DNA of 64,000 bases from Rebecca billardiae RCC1528 (Eukaryota; Protista; Haptophyta), in contig OZ251224.1 of NCBI GenBank assembly GCA_965240325.2, positions 2,046,001 through 2,110,000 on the forward strand, written 5' to 3'. Below the pieces are notes generated by a model, which saw only the letters and a program-made list of their open reading frames with translations, was not told the DNA's origin and made no database searches. Shown here in pieces: positions 34,018 through 45,993 of the stretch. Every line of letters starts with the position of its first letter. The first letter of the stretch is position 1. Made by a program: the position numbers and the translations under genes.

Positions 34018-35274
34018 TCAGAACGTGTGGTGGCCGACCGCGATCGCAGTCGTGAGGATGCCGAGCACGAGGAACGGCTGCGCCGCGGCCTGGTACTTGA
34101 CATCGTTGTTGATCGGGTCCTCCACAAACGTCACCTGCGAGTACATCTGCGGCAGGATCAGCGCGAGCAGGATGGCCGCGTAGCGCAGCTCGCCGATCGA
34201 GTAGAGGTACGCCGCGACGCCGAGCTGCGTCAAGTCGATCGCGCCGACGCACAGCCACTTCGCCGTGTCCACCCCGAACGCCACGGGCAGGGAGTTCATC
34301 CCGAGCTCGCGGTCGCCCTCGATCGACTTGAAGTCGTTCACGATGGCGATGCCCAGCCCGGCGATCGAGTAGAGGATGGTGAGGACGACCTCCTGCGGGC
34401 AGATCGTCGCGGCGTTGAACATGGCGTGCCCGCACCACCACGGCAGCGCGATGTACGACGAGCCAAGCGCGAATGTGCCGGTCCAGCCATTAGCCTTGAG
34501 CTTGAAGGGCGGTGCCTGTGCGGGCGGCGTGAGGGGCGCGCGGCGCGTGAGCCGGTGAGCGCGGCGCTTGCGTGCGCGCGCAGCCGCACGGGGCGGGTGT
34601 GCGGCGTGCGCAGCAGCGCGCACCGAGTACGTGTACGCGAGGATGATGCCGATCGTCGCCACGAGGCAGACGACCGGCCACTCGTGCTCCGCCCAGAAGT
34701 CGAGCCCGATCGCCAGCCCAATCCCACCGATCAGCAGCCCGTAGATCTGCTGGAACACCTCCGCCTCGGAGATGGCGCCCGACGGGATCGGCCGGTACGG
34801 CTCGTTGATGGCGTCGAGGTCGCGGTCATACCAGTCGTTGATCGTCTGCGTGAAGCCGCAGAGGATCGGGCCGGAGAGCATCATCGCGCCCACGGCCTTG
34901 AAGACGTCCTCGACGACCAGCCCGACGCTGTCGGTGGTCGGCGCGTCGCCAAAGAGGTTCCACACGGCGTGGTAGTTGCCCGACGCCGCCGCGCCGCAGG
35001 CGACGCCCCAGATCAGCGGGATCCACGTGGCAGGCTTCATGAGCTGGAGGCGGATCTTCCAGTTGAACGGCGCGCTCGTGTCCGCGGCTGACGCGTCTTT
35101 GAGACCGAGCAGTTGCCGCACGGCGCCGCTCTTCTCGTCCGCCGCCATCGCGGTGCGCGCACGATAGCCCATCGCGCGCGCGCGCACGACGCCCGCATTG
35201 CTGAGGCGACCGACCTGAGGCCGGTGTGCGCTCACAGCGCACGCGCACAGCAGCGCAAGCACGCACGTCCTCAT
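34018..35274 (-). CDS. chlG: Chlorophyll synthase with bipartite plastid-targeting leader; intron 34516-34623
   Basis: WKIRLQLMKPATWIPLIWG, QTINDWYDRDLDAINEPYRPIPSG, YS|APPFKLK, NDFKSIEGDR, NDVKYQA. Leader MRTCVLALLCACAVSA is followed by an Arg-rich transit peptide. Confidence 0.95.
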   Translation of the reverse strand: MRTCVLALLCACAVSAHRPQVGRLSNAGVVRARAMGYRARTAMAADEKSGAVRQLLGLKDASAADTSAPFNWKIRLQLMKPATWIPLIWGVACGAAASGNYHAVWNLFGDAPTTDSVGLVVEDVFKAVGAMMLSGPILCGFTQTINDWYDRDLDAINEPYRPIPSGAISEAEVFQQIYGLLIGGIGLAIGLDFWAEHEWPVVCLVATIGIILAYTYSVRAAAHAAHPPRAAARARKRRAHRLTRRAPLTPPAQAPPFKLKANGWTGTFALGSSYIALPWWCGHAMFNAATICPQEVVLTILYSIAGLGIAIVNDFKSIEGDRELGMNSLPVAFGVDTAKWLCVGAIDLTQLGVAAYLYSIGELRYAAILLALILPQMYSQVTFVEDPINNDVKYQAAAQPFLVLGILTTAIAVGHHTF

Positions 35275-35513
35275 CGTGTTGATGCACGTGACAGGCGTCC
35301 TATTTACTTGGCCTGGTTGCAAATGACGGGCGCATCCAAGCGATGTCCGGGCGCGGGCGCGGAAGTTGCGGTCCTCGTGAGTCCGGATTCGACTCAACTG
35401 CCCTGCCGCCCGCTCACCACTCCACTGGGACCGGGAGCCGCGCTCGAAAAGCAGTCGGTGGATCTCAGCAGCAGGGCTCGCCTCGAGGGCGCTCCACCTC
35501 GCGACGCGAGAAG

Positions 35514-36406
35514 ATGGCAGCTCTTCTGTGCAAGTTCATCTTCGTGGAGCCATGCAAAATGCTCGGCAAGGGCTGCGACGGCCTGATGAAGGCGTGCGAC
35601 AAGAGCTGCAAGTGCGTGTCCGACCTCATCAAGCCGATCACGGAGGCGCTGTGTGACTGCTCGCGCCCATTCACCTTCTTGACCTTCTGCGCCGCCTGCT
35701 TGCTTGGGGTGCCAGCGATCATGGGCATCCTGGGGCTCGTATCATCCGAGTGCGTGCTCGCCCACTGCGGCAGCCCGTGGCCGCCTCGCGCCGCCCCTCA
35801 CCTTGCGCGCGCGCGCGCGCCCACCCGCGCCGCACGGCCCCTCGCAGCACGGGCGCGGAGCAGTGCGCCAAGAGCGGAATCGTCACCAAGCTGGGGGTCG
35901 AGATGATCGTCTTCGTGGGCAACCTGGTCTTTGTCTTCTACGTGCACTCCAAATTCCCCGAGGCCGAGCCCTACAAGGAGGTGTGGAAGCGCTTCCACGA
36001 GATGTTCATGAACGATGTCTGGTTTGCGGTGTACTTCATCTTCTGGATCTTCAGTGTGGTGTGGACGTCGATGCTGGCGAAAGCGTCGGCCCAGGCCAAG
36101 AGCGACGGGTGCGAGGACATCGCACCGACCCTCATCTCCAACGCGGACCTGGCCACGATGATCGCGTACATCGCCCTCTTCTTGGGCCCGATCTTCACCT
36201 TCTGCACTCTGTGCGCCGTGCGCGTGAAGGAGCCCAAGGGTCGGCCCGGCGCCCGACCCGGCCAGAACACGGCCGGGCAGAACACGGCCGGGCCGGAAAC
36301 GGCCGGGCAGAACACGGCCGGGCAGAACCCGGCCGGGGGGCAGGCGCAGGGCGGCGCCAAGCAGGGCAGCATCAAGAAGCCTTGGCAGCGGCAGCCGATG
36401 GTCTAG
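35514..36406 (+). CDS. Uncharacterised ~4-TM membrane protein with Cys-rich N-terminus; intron 35750-35847
   Basis: GT-AG splice joins MAALLCKFIFVEPCK...VSS(D) to TGAEQCAK... in frame. Four hydrophobic segments; GQNTA-type repeats in the C-tail. Confidence 0.7.
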
Positions 36407-36828
36407 GCGTGCACAGTCCGCGATGCACACGTATCTGCATTGGCGCGTCCAATCAGCAGTGGGCTCTCGCGGCGCGGATCAGCCAGATACGCGGCCCAGC
36501 AGATGCGCGAGCGACGGTCGAGCAGCTTATTCCCCGCCCTGCGAGACAATTAACTTCGCGGGCGCAACCGGCGGGACGCGAGTTCAGCTTGTCTGGCCGC
36601 CAGCGGCCGCCGCGGCCGGTGCCGGTGTCGGTGACCCGCGGCGCTGGCGACGGCGTGCGCCCGCGCGCGGGGCCCCGCGGGAATCGGCCTTCAAAGCAAT
36701 ATTACTTGCACAATGATCATCATGGTAGTGCAGTGGGAAGCAGCTGACAGCAAAGCAGTTCGTCAGAGTTCTGATATGCGGATACTGATGCGGATATACG
36801 CTGCTGCTGATCGGATATATACTAATTA

Positions 36829-39680
36829 TGGCCCGCGCGGTGCAGGGCGGCAGTCAGAGCGCGCAGCGTGGAGCCCGCACCAGCGGGCCCGAACCACGTT
36901 TAAAAAAGATCTTTGATCATCAAGAAAAAAGGGACGGGGGGCGGCGGAAAAAAAGGGACGGGGGCGATTTTTAGGGCTGGCGGAGACCGAGTTTCGAGTT
37001 TTTGAGATCGCATTGAGAGGTCTATCAGGCCAAAAAAAACCGCTGCCCAGCTGATTCCCTTAAGTAAAGTGCGATCTGGACGTCAGCTGGACGTGACATT
37101 AGTGTAACGGTTCGTTACGAGCGAATCGTACTCGTCTTCCCGGATCGCGTTGTCAGACTGGGCACCAGTCCTCGAAGACACCGTTCCACAGGAGTCGCGG
37201 GTAAGTTTCCGCATCTACCCGCACGTACCGGCGGAGGCACGATCCGGCACTATCTCGGCCAGTCCGGAGCCCCAAACTGCTCCCTGGGAGTTTGGGGCTG
37301 CCTGACCCATCATCCGATGATGTGACCCCGTCCGCCTGCCCCTTCGGGGCCGGTCCTTAGCCCGCCTGGTCGCTTCCGGTGGACCTATCGCCCACACGCG
37401 CGGTAGGGAGCACCCACGCTTCTTCTTCAGTCTAACATGGTATCGGCGGTCAGCAACGAGACGCGCTCGTTACCGGACCCGACCTCGCTGGCGCAAGGAA
37501 CGCGCTCGCGCGCATCGCGCGTTGCGAGCTCGCGAGACGATTCACATCCAAGTCGGATGGTCCAAGGCAGGCTAGCCCAACCGCGGCAGCCTTCAAGGAG
37601 GAGGTGCTGACGTACCTCATTCCGACGACATTCGCGTCGTCATCGTGCGCCGAGTCGCACGCCCTGCTCAGATGCAGGAGGAGTCTCGACACCAAGTCGA
37701 TTGACTTCATGAATGCAGCCCTCGACCGCCAAGATGGCCGAGCAGCTTGCAAGGAGGAGATGAGGCGCGATCTACGCGTTCACTAGGCGACAGCGGGTAC
37801 GATCACGTCGATCGACACCGCGCGCCGCTCGATCATCTCCGCGCTCGCTATGTGCAGCTTCTTCGTGACACACGGTTGCGAGGCAGCGTCATTCTGCGGC
37901 CGAAGCCGACACAAGGTTCTACGCGTGAGACCAGTCCATGTCCCATTGCACCAGCCCACACGCGGTGGTGCACCGTCGCCGTCGACGCGACCCATCGAGG
38001 AGGAGCAGGCAGGTGGATCTCGGTAAGTCCACAGCAGCTGGCACGACCACACGATCACTCGATCAACTGCCTGGGGCACCACGCCCCCGTCGACGCCCAA
38101 GCCGAGCCCGAGCCTGGTCAGCCAGCTCGGCAGGCGTCCATTCACTGGAGTACGACTGCTCGGACGGATTCGCGAGCAACTCCAGACGTCCCTCGATCGC
38201 TGCTGCGATTCGCAGCTTCCGGACAGCTTGGCAGCTAAACAGTCGGGCACGCACACGCGCGCTCGCCTTACGCCCCCACTCACACTTACGCACACGCGCA
38301 CGCGCACTCAGGCACCGCACCTCGCTGTGGTCGGTGAGGAGGAGTGTCAGACTGGGCACCAGTCCTCGAAGACACCGTTCCACAGGAGTCGCGGGTAAGT
38401 TTCCGCATCTACCCGCACGTACCGGCGGAGGCACGATCCGGCACTATCTCGGCCAGTCCGGAGCCCCAAACTGCTCCCTGGGAGTTTGGGGCTGCCTGAC
38501 CCATCATCCGATGATGTGACCCCGTCCGCCTGCCCCTTCGGGGCCGGTCCTTAGCCCGCCTGGTCGCTTCCGGTGGACCTATCGCCCACACGCGCGGTAG
38601 GGAGCACCCACGCTTCTTCTTCAGTCTAACACGCGTGACGTCCGGACTGGGCCACATCCGGATCGTCGGAGGTGACGTGCCCCGGCGATGGCGGATATGC
38701 GGGACGGCGCCTGCACGTGCCTCCGGACCCGCCTCCCGCTTGCTGCTCACGCAGTCAGCTGCGACCGTGGCGCATGATCGCAGAAGCAGTGCCGGCAGTA
38801 CGGCCTGCATCAGCTAGTGCCGCGCCGTCGTGGCGCGCGCGGTACGGTTGCGCGTTTGCAGCGCTCGCCGCTCGGCGACGGCACGCGCGTGCGGCTCAGG
38901 TGTGTCAAATGCGGTCTCGTCGGCGCGCTTTCGCCTGCCACCTCGTGCACCCGTGCCGCCAGTTTCATCGTCTTCATGAGCACTGCTGCTGCTGTCGCCA
39001 TCCGCTCTCCATCACCCCGAGTCGCCGAGTCGCGCGGCGCGCGCGGTAGGCACTAGGCAGGGCGTACGGTCACTCACCCGTGCAACGGGTCAAGTGGCCA
39101 GAGTACGTCTGGTCGTTGGCTGGCACGGGCCGCAGCGCTAAAGCACCCTGCTGTCACACCCGACTCCTTCAGTACTCCGAGCTCCGCGGCACGACGACTC
39201 ACTCGGCACGATCGCGGACGCACCCTGCTGTCACACCCTCGACTCCTTCAGTACTCCGAGCTCCGCGGCACGACTCACTCGGCACGATCGCGGACGGGTC
39301 GGATCCGAGCTGATCAGCCAGAGTTGGACACAGTTTGGCAGCTACTAGTAGTAATTCCGATGCCGATGGCACGATCGCGGACGGGTCGGATCCGAGCTGA
39401 TCAGCCAGTTGGACATTTGGCAGCTAGTTGTCAGACGGACGTCCGATTTGACGACCGGTGCCGGGTGCGGTCTCAGGTCCGCTGCTGTGATTGTGTGAAG
39501 TGTGAATGAGTCTCGCGGTCGCGCAGGCAGGGCGACGGTCGGACTAATAGCTTCAGTCATCTCAGAACCGACTTCAACTGGCGAACTGCCACTACGGCGG
39601 AGAGCCGCGATTGCACGGCCACCGCGGGCCCCCAACTGCGTTGATTCTATGCAGAAAAGGACCGCCGCGGAACGCGGTCA
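36829..39680 (+). mobile_element. Asymmetric-end non-autonomous element, copy D (interrupted by a TRIM)
   Basis: 5' ttA|TGGCCCGCGCGGTGCAGGGCGG. 3' CACCGCGGGCCC...AAAAGGACCGCCGCGGAACGCGGTCA|T. Matches copy C once 37151-38636 is removed. Internal ~77-bp tandem duplication at ~39144-39297. Confidence 0.88.
37151..38631 (+). mobile_element. TRIM / small non-autonomous LTR retrotransposon
   Basis: 287-bp LTRs at 37151-37437 and 38345-38631 (TGTCAGACTG...CAGTCTAACA, no differences seen). PBS TGGTATC right after LTR1, PPT GAGGAGGAG before LTR2. 5-bp TSD CGCGT, present once at the homologous site in copy C. Confidence 0.93.
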
Positions 39681-39857
39681 TATATACGCTGACACTTAGA
39701 ACTCAGTCACGCACTGACTCACTGACGCACTACGCAGTCACGCCGGCGCCGACACTGCTCACACTAAGGTTCCACACGACACTCGACACCGAGCGACTGT
39801 GCCACGACGACCCCGAGCACACTCTGCGAACGTGAGATCGATTGGAACGAGACGGGC

Positions 39858-40803
39858 TCAGCTGCGCGTGCGCCGGCTGCGTGTCGAGCGCTGCCGCTCG
39901 CCAGCACCTGCGTTGCCAGCGGCGCCGGTGGCTTTGCTCGACTTCTTCCCAGGAACCACCGAGTTTGAGGCTGTCACAAAGCCGCCGGCCACTGCAGCCC
40001 CGCGCCCACGCTTGCGCACCCGATGCTCGTGCGAGGCGCTCCCCTCGCCTGCATCTCCATCGCTCGCCTTGCCATCGCCACCGCCACCGCCGCCGCCTGC
40101 CACGTCGCGCACTGCCGCCGAGCCGCGCCCGTGCTGGCTGAACACACTCAGCGCAGCCAGCTTCATCCGGACCACCGCGCGCGTGCTCACGAGGCTGGCC
40201 TTCAGTCTCATCCGCGAGTCGCGCTCCTTGGCCAGCTCGTCCGCCAGACCTGGGCGGGGATCCCTCGCTGCGGGGGACGCCAGCCATGGGTGCGCTGCCG
40301 CGCGCCATTGCACGGTGGGGCGGGGGCGGGGGGGGGGGGACAAGCCGCAGCGGTTCTGGGCGGGTGAGCCAGTCATCGCTGGGTGCGCGCGCGGGCGCCC
40401 GCAGAGATTGGGCGGGCGTGAACGCACCGAGTGCCTGCTCCGCAGTCAGCCGCTTCGCAGGATCGTTGCAAATCAGCTTGCGCACGAGGTCCTTCGCCGA
40501 GTCGCTCACGGGGTCCCACCACGGCGAGAGGAAGCCCCACTTGCCGTCTCGGATCTTGGTGAAGAGCTTCATGTTGTCTGTCGCGTAGAACGGAGGGAAG
40601 CCGCACAGCAGGATGTACAGGATGACGCCGATGGACCAGAGGTCGCACGCCTTCGTGTAGCCCGTGAGGGCAAGCACCTCCGGCGCGATGTACGACGGGG
40701 AGCCGCACAGCGTCTGCATCTGCGTCTCCTCGTCCGAGTTGAATTTTGCAAGCCCAAAGTCCGTGATCGCGACGCGATCGTCGTCGAGGTCGTCGGACAC
40801 CAT

Positions 40804-40852
<49 letters not shown>

Positions 40853-41322
40853 AGGTAGGCGATCGCACTGAGCAGGCACTTCACCAACGAGCGCGCCTCC
40901 TCCTCCGAGAACTTCTTCTTGGCCACGATGCGATCGAAGAGCTCGCCGCCGCGGCACAGCTGCATCACCAGATACAGCGTGTCTGGCGTATCGTACACGT
41001 CGTGCAGCGAGACGAGATTCTCGTGCTTGACGCGTCGCAAGATATCGACCTCGTTCGCCAGCCGCTGATCCTCGTCCTCGCGCTCCTTCACGCCCTTGGG
41101 GATAATCTTAATCGCCACCTCCGCGCCTGTCCCGCGGTGCACCCCGCGCACGACGCTGCCGTATGCGCCTTTGCCGAGCTCCTCGTGCAACTCGTACGTC
41201 TCACGCAGCCGAGCTTCGGCCGTGGACGCCTGGCCCGAAGCCGAGCCGTCCGCCGCGGCGTCCCCGCTCCAAAATGTCTGACCGCGCAGGCGCTCCCACA
41301 GGCCCAACATTGCGGAGGCCAT
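39858..41322 (-). CDS. CAMK-group Ser/Thr kinase (CaMK1-like); intron 40295-40427
   Basis: LGKGAYG, VAIK, GGELFDRIV, HRDLKPEN, DFG, CGSPSYIAPE, DLWSIGVILYILLCGFPPF. Splice gives EQAL(A)HPW. Confidence 0.92.
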
Positions 41323-41405
41323 CGCCGTTGAGGCGACCTCGCGGCGTGTCCGGACTCCGGATTGTGACGATCCGGGTTCGTGGCCGAAAATCAACAACGG
41401 TCAGC

Positions 41406-43166
41406 ATGGCGAAGGCGGCCAAGTTGCCCCTGCCGGGGCCACAGGCGAAGGACACGGCTACGGCCGGCGGTCGGCGATTTCGGCCGTACCTCGCGTTGGG
41501 ATCGTTGATCGTGTTGGTCCAGCTCCATCACCTCGTGCGCACATGGATGGTGCTGAGCGTGAGTCACACGGGGGGTGGCGTCGACGCAGTGCGGCGTGAG
41601 CTGCTCAGGCGGGCATGGCTGCCGCGCGCGTGGGCTGGCAGCGAGGAGGATGGCCCAGAGGACGAGGTCGAGCGCGCGGCTTGGAGACGCGTTGACCAGC
41701 TGGCTGCGCTCCTGGTCGGCGGTGCTGGCGCTGCCCGCGATGACACGACTTCTGCTGCGGTGCCGGGCGAGGGCACGCAGGCCGACGATGCGCGTTCCCA
41801 GCACGCCGATGAGAGCGAGGGCGCGGGCGCGGTCGTGGATGGAGAGGGCGAGGACGGCGAGGGCACGGGCGACGCCGATGCGGAGGCCGAGGAGGACGAG
41901 GCCAAGATGGACTCGCTCGTGCGCAGCATGGAGGGCTCTGCCGGCGCGGCCGCGGCCGCGGAGGACGAGGAGGAGGAGGAGAAGAAGGGCGGCGCAGAGG
42001 AGCTGGGCGGCGTGTCGATCACGCTCGTGTCGCAGACGAGCGAGGAGCGCGTGTGGATGATCGAGCACATGTGCGACCGGTGGCCCGGCGCGCTCGCCAT
42101 CGCCGTCCACGTGCGCGGAGACCCGCACAAAGTGATGGGCACGCACCGGCGCGTCGAGAAGTTTGGCGCGTGCTTCACCGACGGCGAGATGCGGCTGGCG
42201 CTCGAGGTGATCCACGCGCGGAAGGAGGAGCCGTACCCGATCAACAAGCTGCGCAACCTGGCGATCGCGCGCGTCTCCACCACCCACTTCCTCATCGTCG
42301 ACATCGACCTCTGGCCGTCCGCCGAGCTGTACAACGTGCTGATGTACGCGATGGCGCACGACACGCCCGTCGACGTGGACACGACCGACGGCGCGGGCAG
42401 GTCGGGCAGCGGCGGGGCGGAGGCCGAGCGCGAGCTGTCGCTCAAGTCCTCGCGGCTCGCGATCGTCACGCCTGCGTTCGAGATCTCCGGCTCGGCCTTC
42501 AACCTTCAGGGCCAGGCGCTCGCGCCGAAGGTGCCGCGCACGTTTGCGCAGCTGCAGGAGTGCCACAGCAAGGGCAACTGCCACGTGTTCAAGAAGACGA
42601 CGCACACGCACCGCTCGACGGACTACGCGCGTTGGTGGGACAACACGGACGTGGGCGCGTATCACATCAAATGCTTCGACTCGATTCGCTACGAGCCGTA
42701 CGTCGTCGTGCCGGTGAGTTGCCCTCGGCGCGAGCGCACGCGACTGCGAGCGCGTGTGCGCGCGACCGAGTGTGAGCGCGCGCGGCGGACAGCCCCAACT
42801 GATCAATCGCGTTGCCTGCCCACACGCCACCCGTGCTCGCCCCGCGCACGACAGACGGACCAGGCGACCACCCCTCGGTTTGACGAGCGCTTCAGCGGCT
42901 ATGGCAAGAATAAGATCGAGTTCATCCAACACCTGCGCATGGCTGGCTTCCGATTTGCTGTGATCGCGCGAGGCTTTGTCGTGCACGTCGCACACGAGAA
43001 GTCGCGGGCGTACCGCGCGTGGCTGGAGACGAAGGGCGCCAAGCGCGCGAAAACGAACGACATCTTCAATCAATTCATCTCGGAGCACATGCCCTCCGCG
43101 AGGATCGCGACGCCCCTGTGCAAGCAGGCCTTCAGCCATCAGGCAGCAATCATGATGGGTCAATGA
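41406..43166 (+). CDS. GT49 glycosyltransferase (LARGE/B4GAT1-like), type II membrane; intron ~42714-42854
   Basis: N-terminal TM and acidic stem, then ITLVSQ, YPINKLRNLA, FLIVDID (DxD), YEPYVV, FDERFSGYGKNK, FVVHVAH. Confidence 0.88.
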   Translation: MAKAAKLPLPGPQAKDTATAGGRRFRPYLALGSLIVLVQLHHLVRTWMVLSVSHTGGGVDAVRRELLRRAWLPRAWAGSEEDGPEDEVERAAWRRVDQLAALLVGGAGAARDDTTSAAVPGEGTQADDARSQHADESEGAGAVVDGEGEDGEGTGDADAEAEEDEAKMDSLVRSMEGSAGAAAAAEDEEEEEKKGGAEELGGVSITLVSQTSEERVWMIEHMCDRWPGALAIAVHVRGDPHKVMGTHRRVEKFGACFTDGEMRLALEVIHARKEEPYPINKLRNLAIARVSTTHFLIVDIDLWPSAELYNVLMYAMAHDTPVDVDTTDGAGRSGSGGAEAERELSLKSSRLAIVTPAFEISGSAFNLQGQALAPKVPRTFAQLQECHSKGNCHVFKKTTHTHRSTDYARWWDNTDVGAYHIKCFDSIRYEPYVVVPVSCPRRERTRLRARVRATECERARRTAPTDQSRCLPTRHPCSPRARQTDQATTPRFDERFSGYGKNKIEFIQHLRMAGFRFAVIARGFVVHVAHEKSRAYRAWLETKGAKRAKTNDIFNQFISEHMPSARIATPLCKQAFSHQAAIMMGQ

Positions 43167-43857
43167 TGCATAGCTATATCGTCTTAGTATCGCGACGATG
43201 ATGAGTCTCACTCATGAGTGAGCTAGATGACTGTATTTATAATCATTTATCTGTTGATAGTCACGCCGGGCCTACAGTCTGGGTGCTGGTCGATGCTTGA
43301 CGATCATTGAGGCAGCTTGGCTGGGTAGTTGTTCACAACACTCAGTAGTGACTAGTGACTCACCAGTGATAGGGGCCGCATAGGGCGGCGACAACTCATC
43401 CGCCTCATTATTTAAAATATATTAAATGTATTAAGGAGCTACTCGGCGGAGCTAAATTGCTTAGTGATATATTTAACGACGTGGCAGCATCGGATAAGCG
43501 TCAGGCTAATGCTACTTCGTCGGGGATAATTAAGAGCACGCAAGCTGGACCGCGGCGTGTGGTTGATGACCGAGTCTCCGTTTTTAGTTACAGCCGCCAT
43601 GACGCGACAAGGGCTTATTGGGTATCTCCAATTTGAGCGGGCCCGCGAGTTGCCAAGATGCGTAGGAATGATTCGTCGTCTACCCCACTTTTTGAGTGCT
43701 CCAAGCGCTCTTGAGCCCGATCTGAGTCGATCTCCACTCTATCCTACCGCGGCGAAGGTTGGCGACGTCGCATCATCAACCGAAGAGCGCGCCGAAGCCG
43801 AACTGCGAAAACAACATCCGCTGAAGGAGGAGGCGGGCGCGAGATCGGTGCGGGTCA

Positions 43858-44598
43858 ATGCCACATCCCGACGACCACGAGTGGAGCGCAACGCCGACGG
43901 ACGAGATGGACGAAGGCGACGAGGGTGGCCTCCAGGACGGACACCACGCGAACGACGAAGGTGAATCGCCAGCGGCTAACACCAGCCAGCCTGAGCAGAC
44001 CATCCAGCAGCTGCAGGACGGCAATGCCGAGTGTGCGCGCGATAACGCGCCCGCAACAAGCTTGGATGAAGACGGCTCACACGGCCTGGGGGTGGAGGTG
44101 AGTACCGAGGCGGGTACCATGCCGGCACTGGCGCCTGCTGCGAACGCCTCCCCGCAAGGAGCAGACCGAGACGACGAGGAGGCCACGCCCGCGGAAACAC
44201 CAGCAGCCGAGCAGCACGCGCAGCCCGGCGGCGGGAGCAGCGACGACGCGCCGGAGCAGGAGCAGGTGTGGTGGCGTGGGACGGTCCCGAAGACATCACG
44301 CTTCCTCGGCGTCTCAAGATACAAGGGCAAGTGGCGCTCGTTCATCTGCGCGCACGGCCGATGCAAGGAGCTGGGCAAGTTCGAGAGCGAGGTCGCGGCC
44401 GCGGAGGCGTACGATCGCATGGCGTTCTGGCTCCGGCTCGACCGCAAGCTCAACTTCCCAGTGCCTGGATCAGGCTTCACTCCGCTCAGCGAGGAGGAGC
44501 TGGCTTTCGCCAATCCAAGCCGCCCATTCACGAGCACTGAGGGCCGGGACAAGCGCCAGGCCTTCAGCCATCAGGCAGCAATCATGATGGGTCAATGA
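43858..44598 (+). CDS. Truncated chimeric AP2/ERF-domain protein (one AP2 domain; tail from the GT49 gene)
   Basis: TSRFLGVSRYKGKWRSFI...LGKFESEVAAAEAYD...LNFP. Ends QAFSHQAAIMMGQ*, identical to the GT49 C-terminus. Confidence 0.72.
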   Translation: MPHPDDHEWSATPTDEMDEGDEGGLQDGHHANDEGESPAANTSQPEQTIQQLQDGNAECARDNAPATSLDEDGSHGLGVEVSTEAGTMPALAPAANASPQGADRDDEEATPAETPAAEQHAQPGGGSSDDAPEQEQVWWRGTVPKTSRFLGVSRYKGKWRSFICAHGRCKELGKFESEVAAAEAYDRMAFWLRLDRKLNFPVPGSGFTPLSEEELAFANPSRPFTSTEGRDKRQAFSHQAAIMMGQ

Positions 44599-44663
44599 TG
44601 TAGCTATATCGTCTTAGTAGTTAGTATCGACGATGATGAGTGAGATGACTGTATTTATACTCA

Positions 44664-45993
44664 TGGCCCGCGGTGCAGGGCGGAGCGCGCAGCGTGGAGC
44701 CCGCTCCGTGGGCCCTAACCACGTTTCAAAATAAGATCTTTGATCAAAGAAAAAAGGGACTGGGCGGTGTTTTCCAGAGTGGAGGAGACCGAGTTTCGAT
44801 TTTTTGAGACCTCCTTACGCATGGATTAGCGTCGAAAAAGGGCGCGTCCGCCGTCTTGAATAGTGAACAGAGGAATCAACGAAACCCACGCCCAAGTGTG
44901 CCAGGCTGGGTAATTGTGGGTAGACTCTCGTTCATCAAGTGTAGTGCGCCGCCGCAAGATGCCAAGAACGACCGTTGACATAATAGTCCAACCAACTCCA
45001 ATAGTGCGAGACATCCGCCGCAGCTATCCGTATCGCGCTCGGCGTGTCCGCCGCGTTTTGTACGCCAGTCAGTTGCGACTTGCGAGAGGCAAGACGAGGG
45101 GGCGAGCCACGAGCGACCGACTCGTCGCACTCGCGAGGGGACGGGGTGAGGACGGCGATGGCCCCGCGATGGGAGGTACGCGCGGCGAGTGGCGCCTGGT
45201 GCGCGCGGCTGCGGCGGGTCCCGACTGACGGGCGACATCGAGTTCGTGCCCCGCTCACCCCGCGCGCCCCCGCCGCCCCGTGTCGACTGCCTGCGCGTCC
45301 GCCGCGCGTCGGGCCGGCGCCTGCGCCGCGGCAGCCGCCCTTTATTCGGGCTCTCGCAAGCTCGGGGGCAGCGGCGCCAGCCGGCGCCTGATGCCGGACT
45401 GATCGATCTCTGAGTCTTTGACTTCACCACGCGCCGCCCTTGCCATGCCTGGTGCCCTCGCACCTCGGCACCGTGCTCCCTCGGGCTGACAGCACCGCCG
45501 ACCGCGTGGCCTGGCGTGCACGTAGAGTTGCGCTCATGCGTCGATCACGCCTCGCGCCCGCCTGTCGGCCGTCGCGCAGGCGCTGGTCGAACCCTACTCG
45601 GACCAGTGCAAATCATCTAACTATCCTGGCGCTGCCGGTGCGCGGTGACCCGCGGGACAGCGGTCAGTCAGCAGCAGCGGCCCGAACGAATCCGCGGCCC
45701 CGCACCGTGCTCCCTGGCTGTCAGCTTCGCGTGGCCTGGCGTGCACGTGGAGTCGCGCTCATGCGTCGATCACGCCTCGTCGCATCCGCCTGTACACAAT
45801 CGGCGCCGCGCCGGCGGCTGCGAAGTGCGATGGGCCCGCGCCCGGCGCGGCGGGCGGCGGCGCGCCGCTGGAGTCTAGTTGTACGGGCATGCAACTCCGG
45901 GTCTGTCAATAGACGACTGCGATGGAGGGTGCACCGCCACCGCGGGCCCTGAACTACGTTCGTTCTACGGAAAAGGACCGCGGAACGCGGTCA
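44664..45993 (+). mobile_element. Asymmetric-end non-autonomous element, copy E (1330 bp)
   Basis: tcA|TGGCCCGCGGTGCAGGG...GGACCGCGGAACGCGGTCA|Tttatctgttg. The paralogous empty site at ~43242-43256 reads atcatttatctgttg. Confidence 0.92.
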
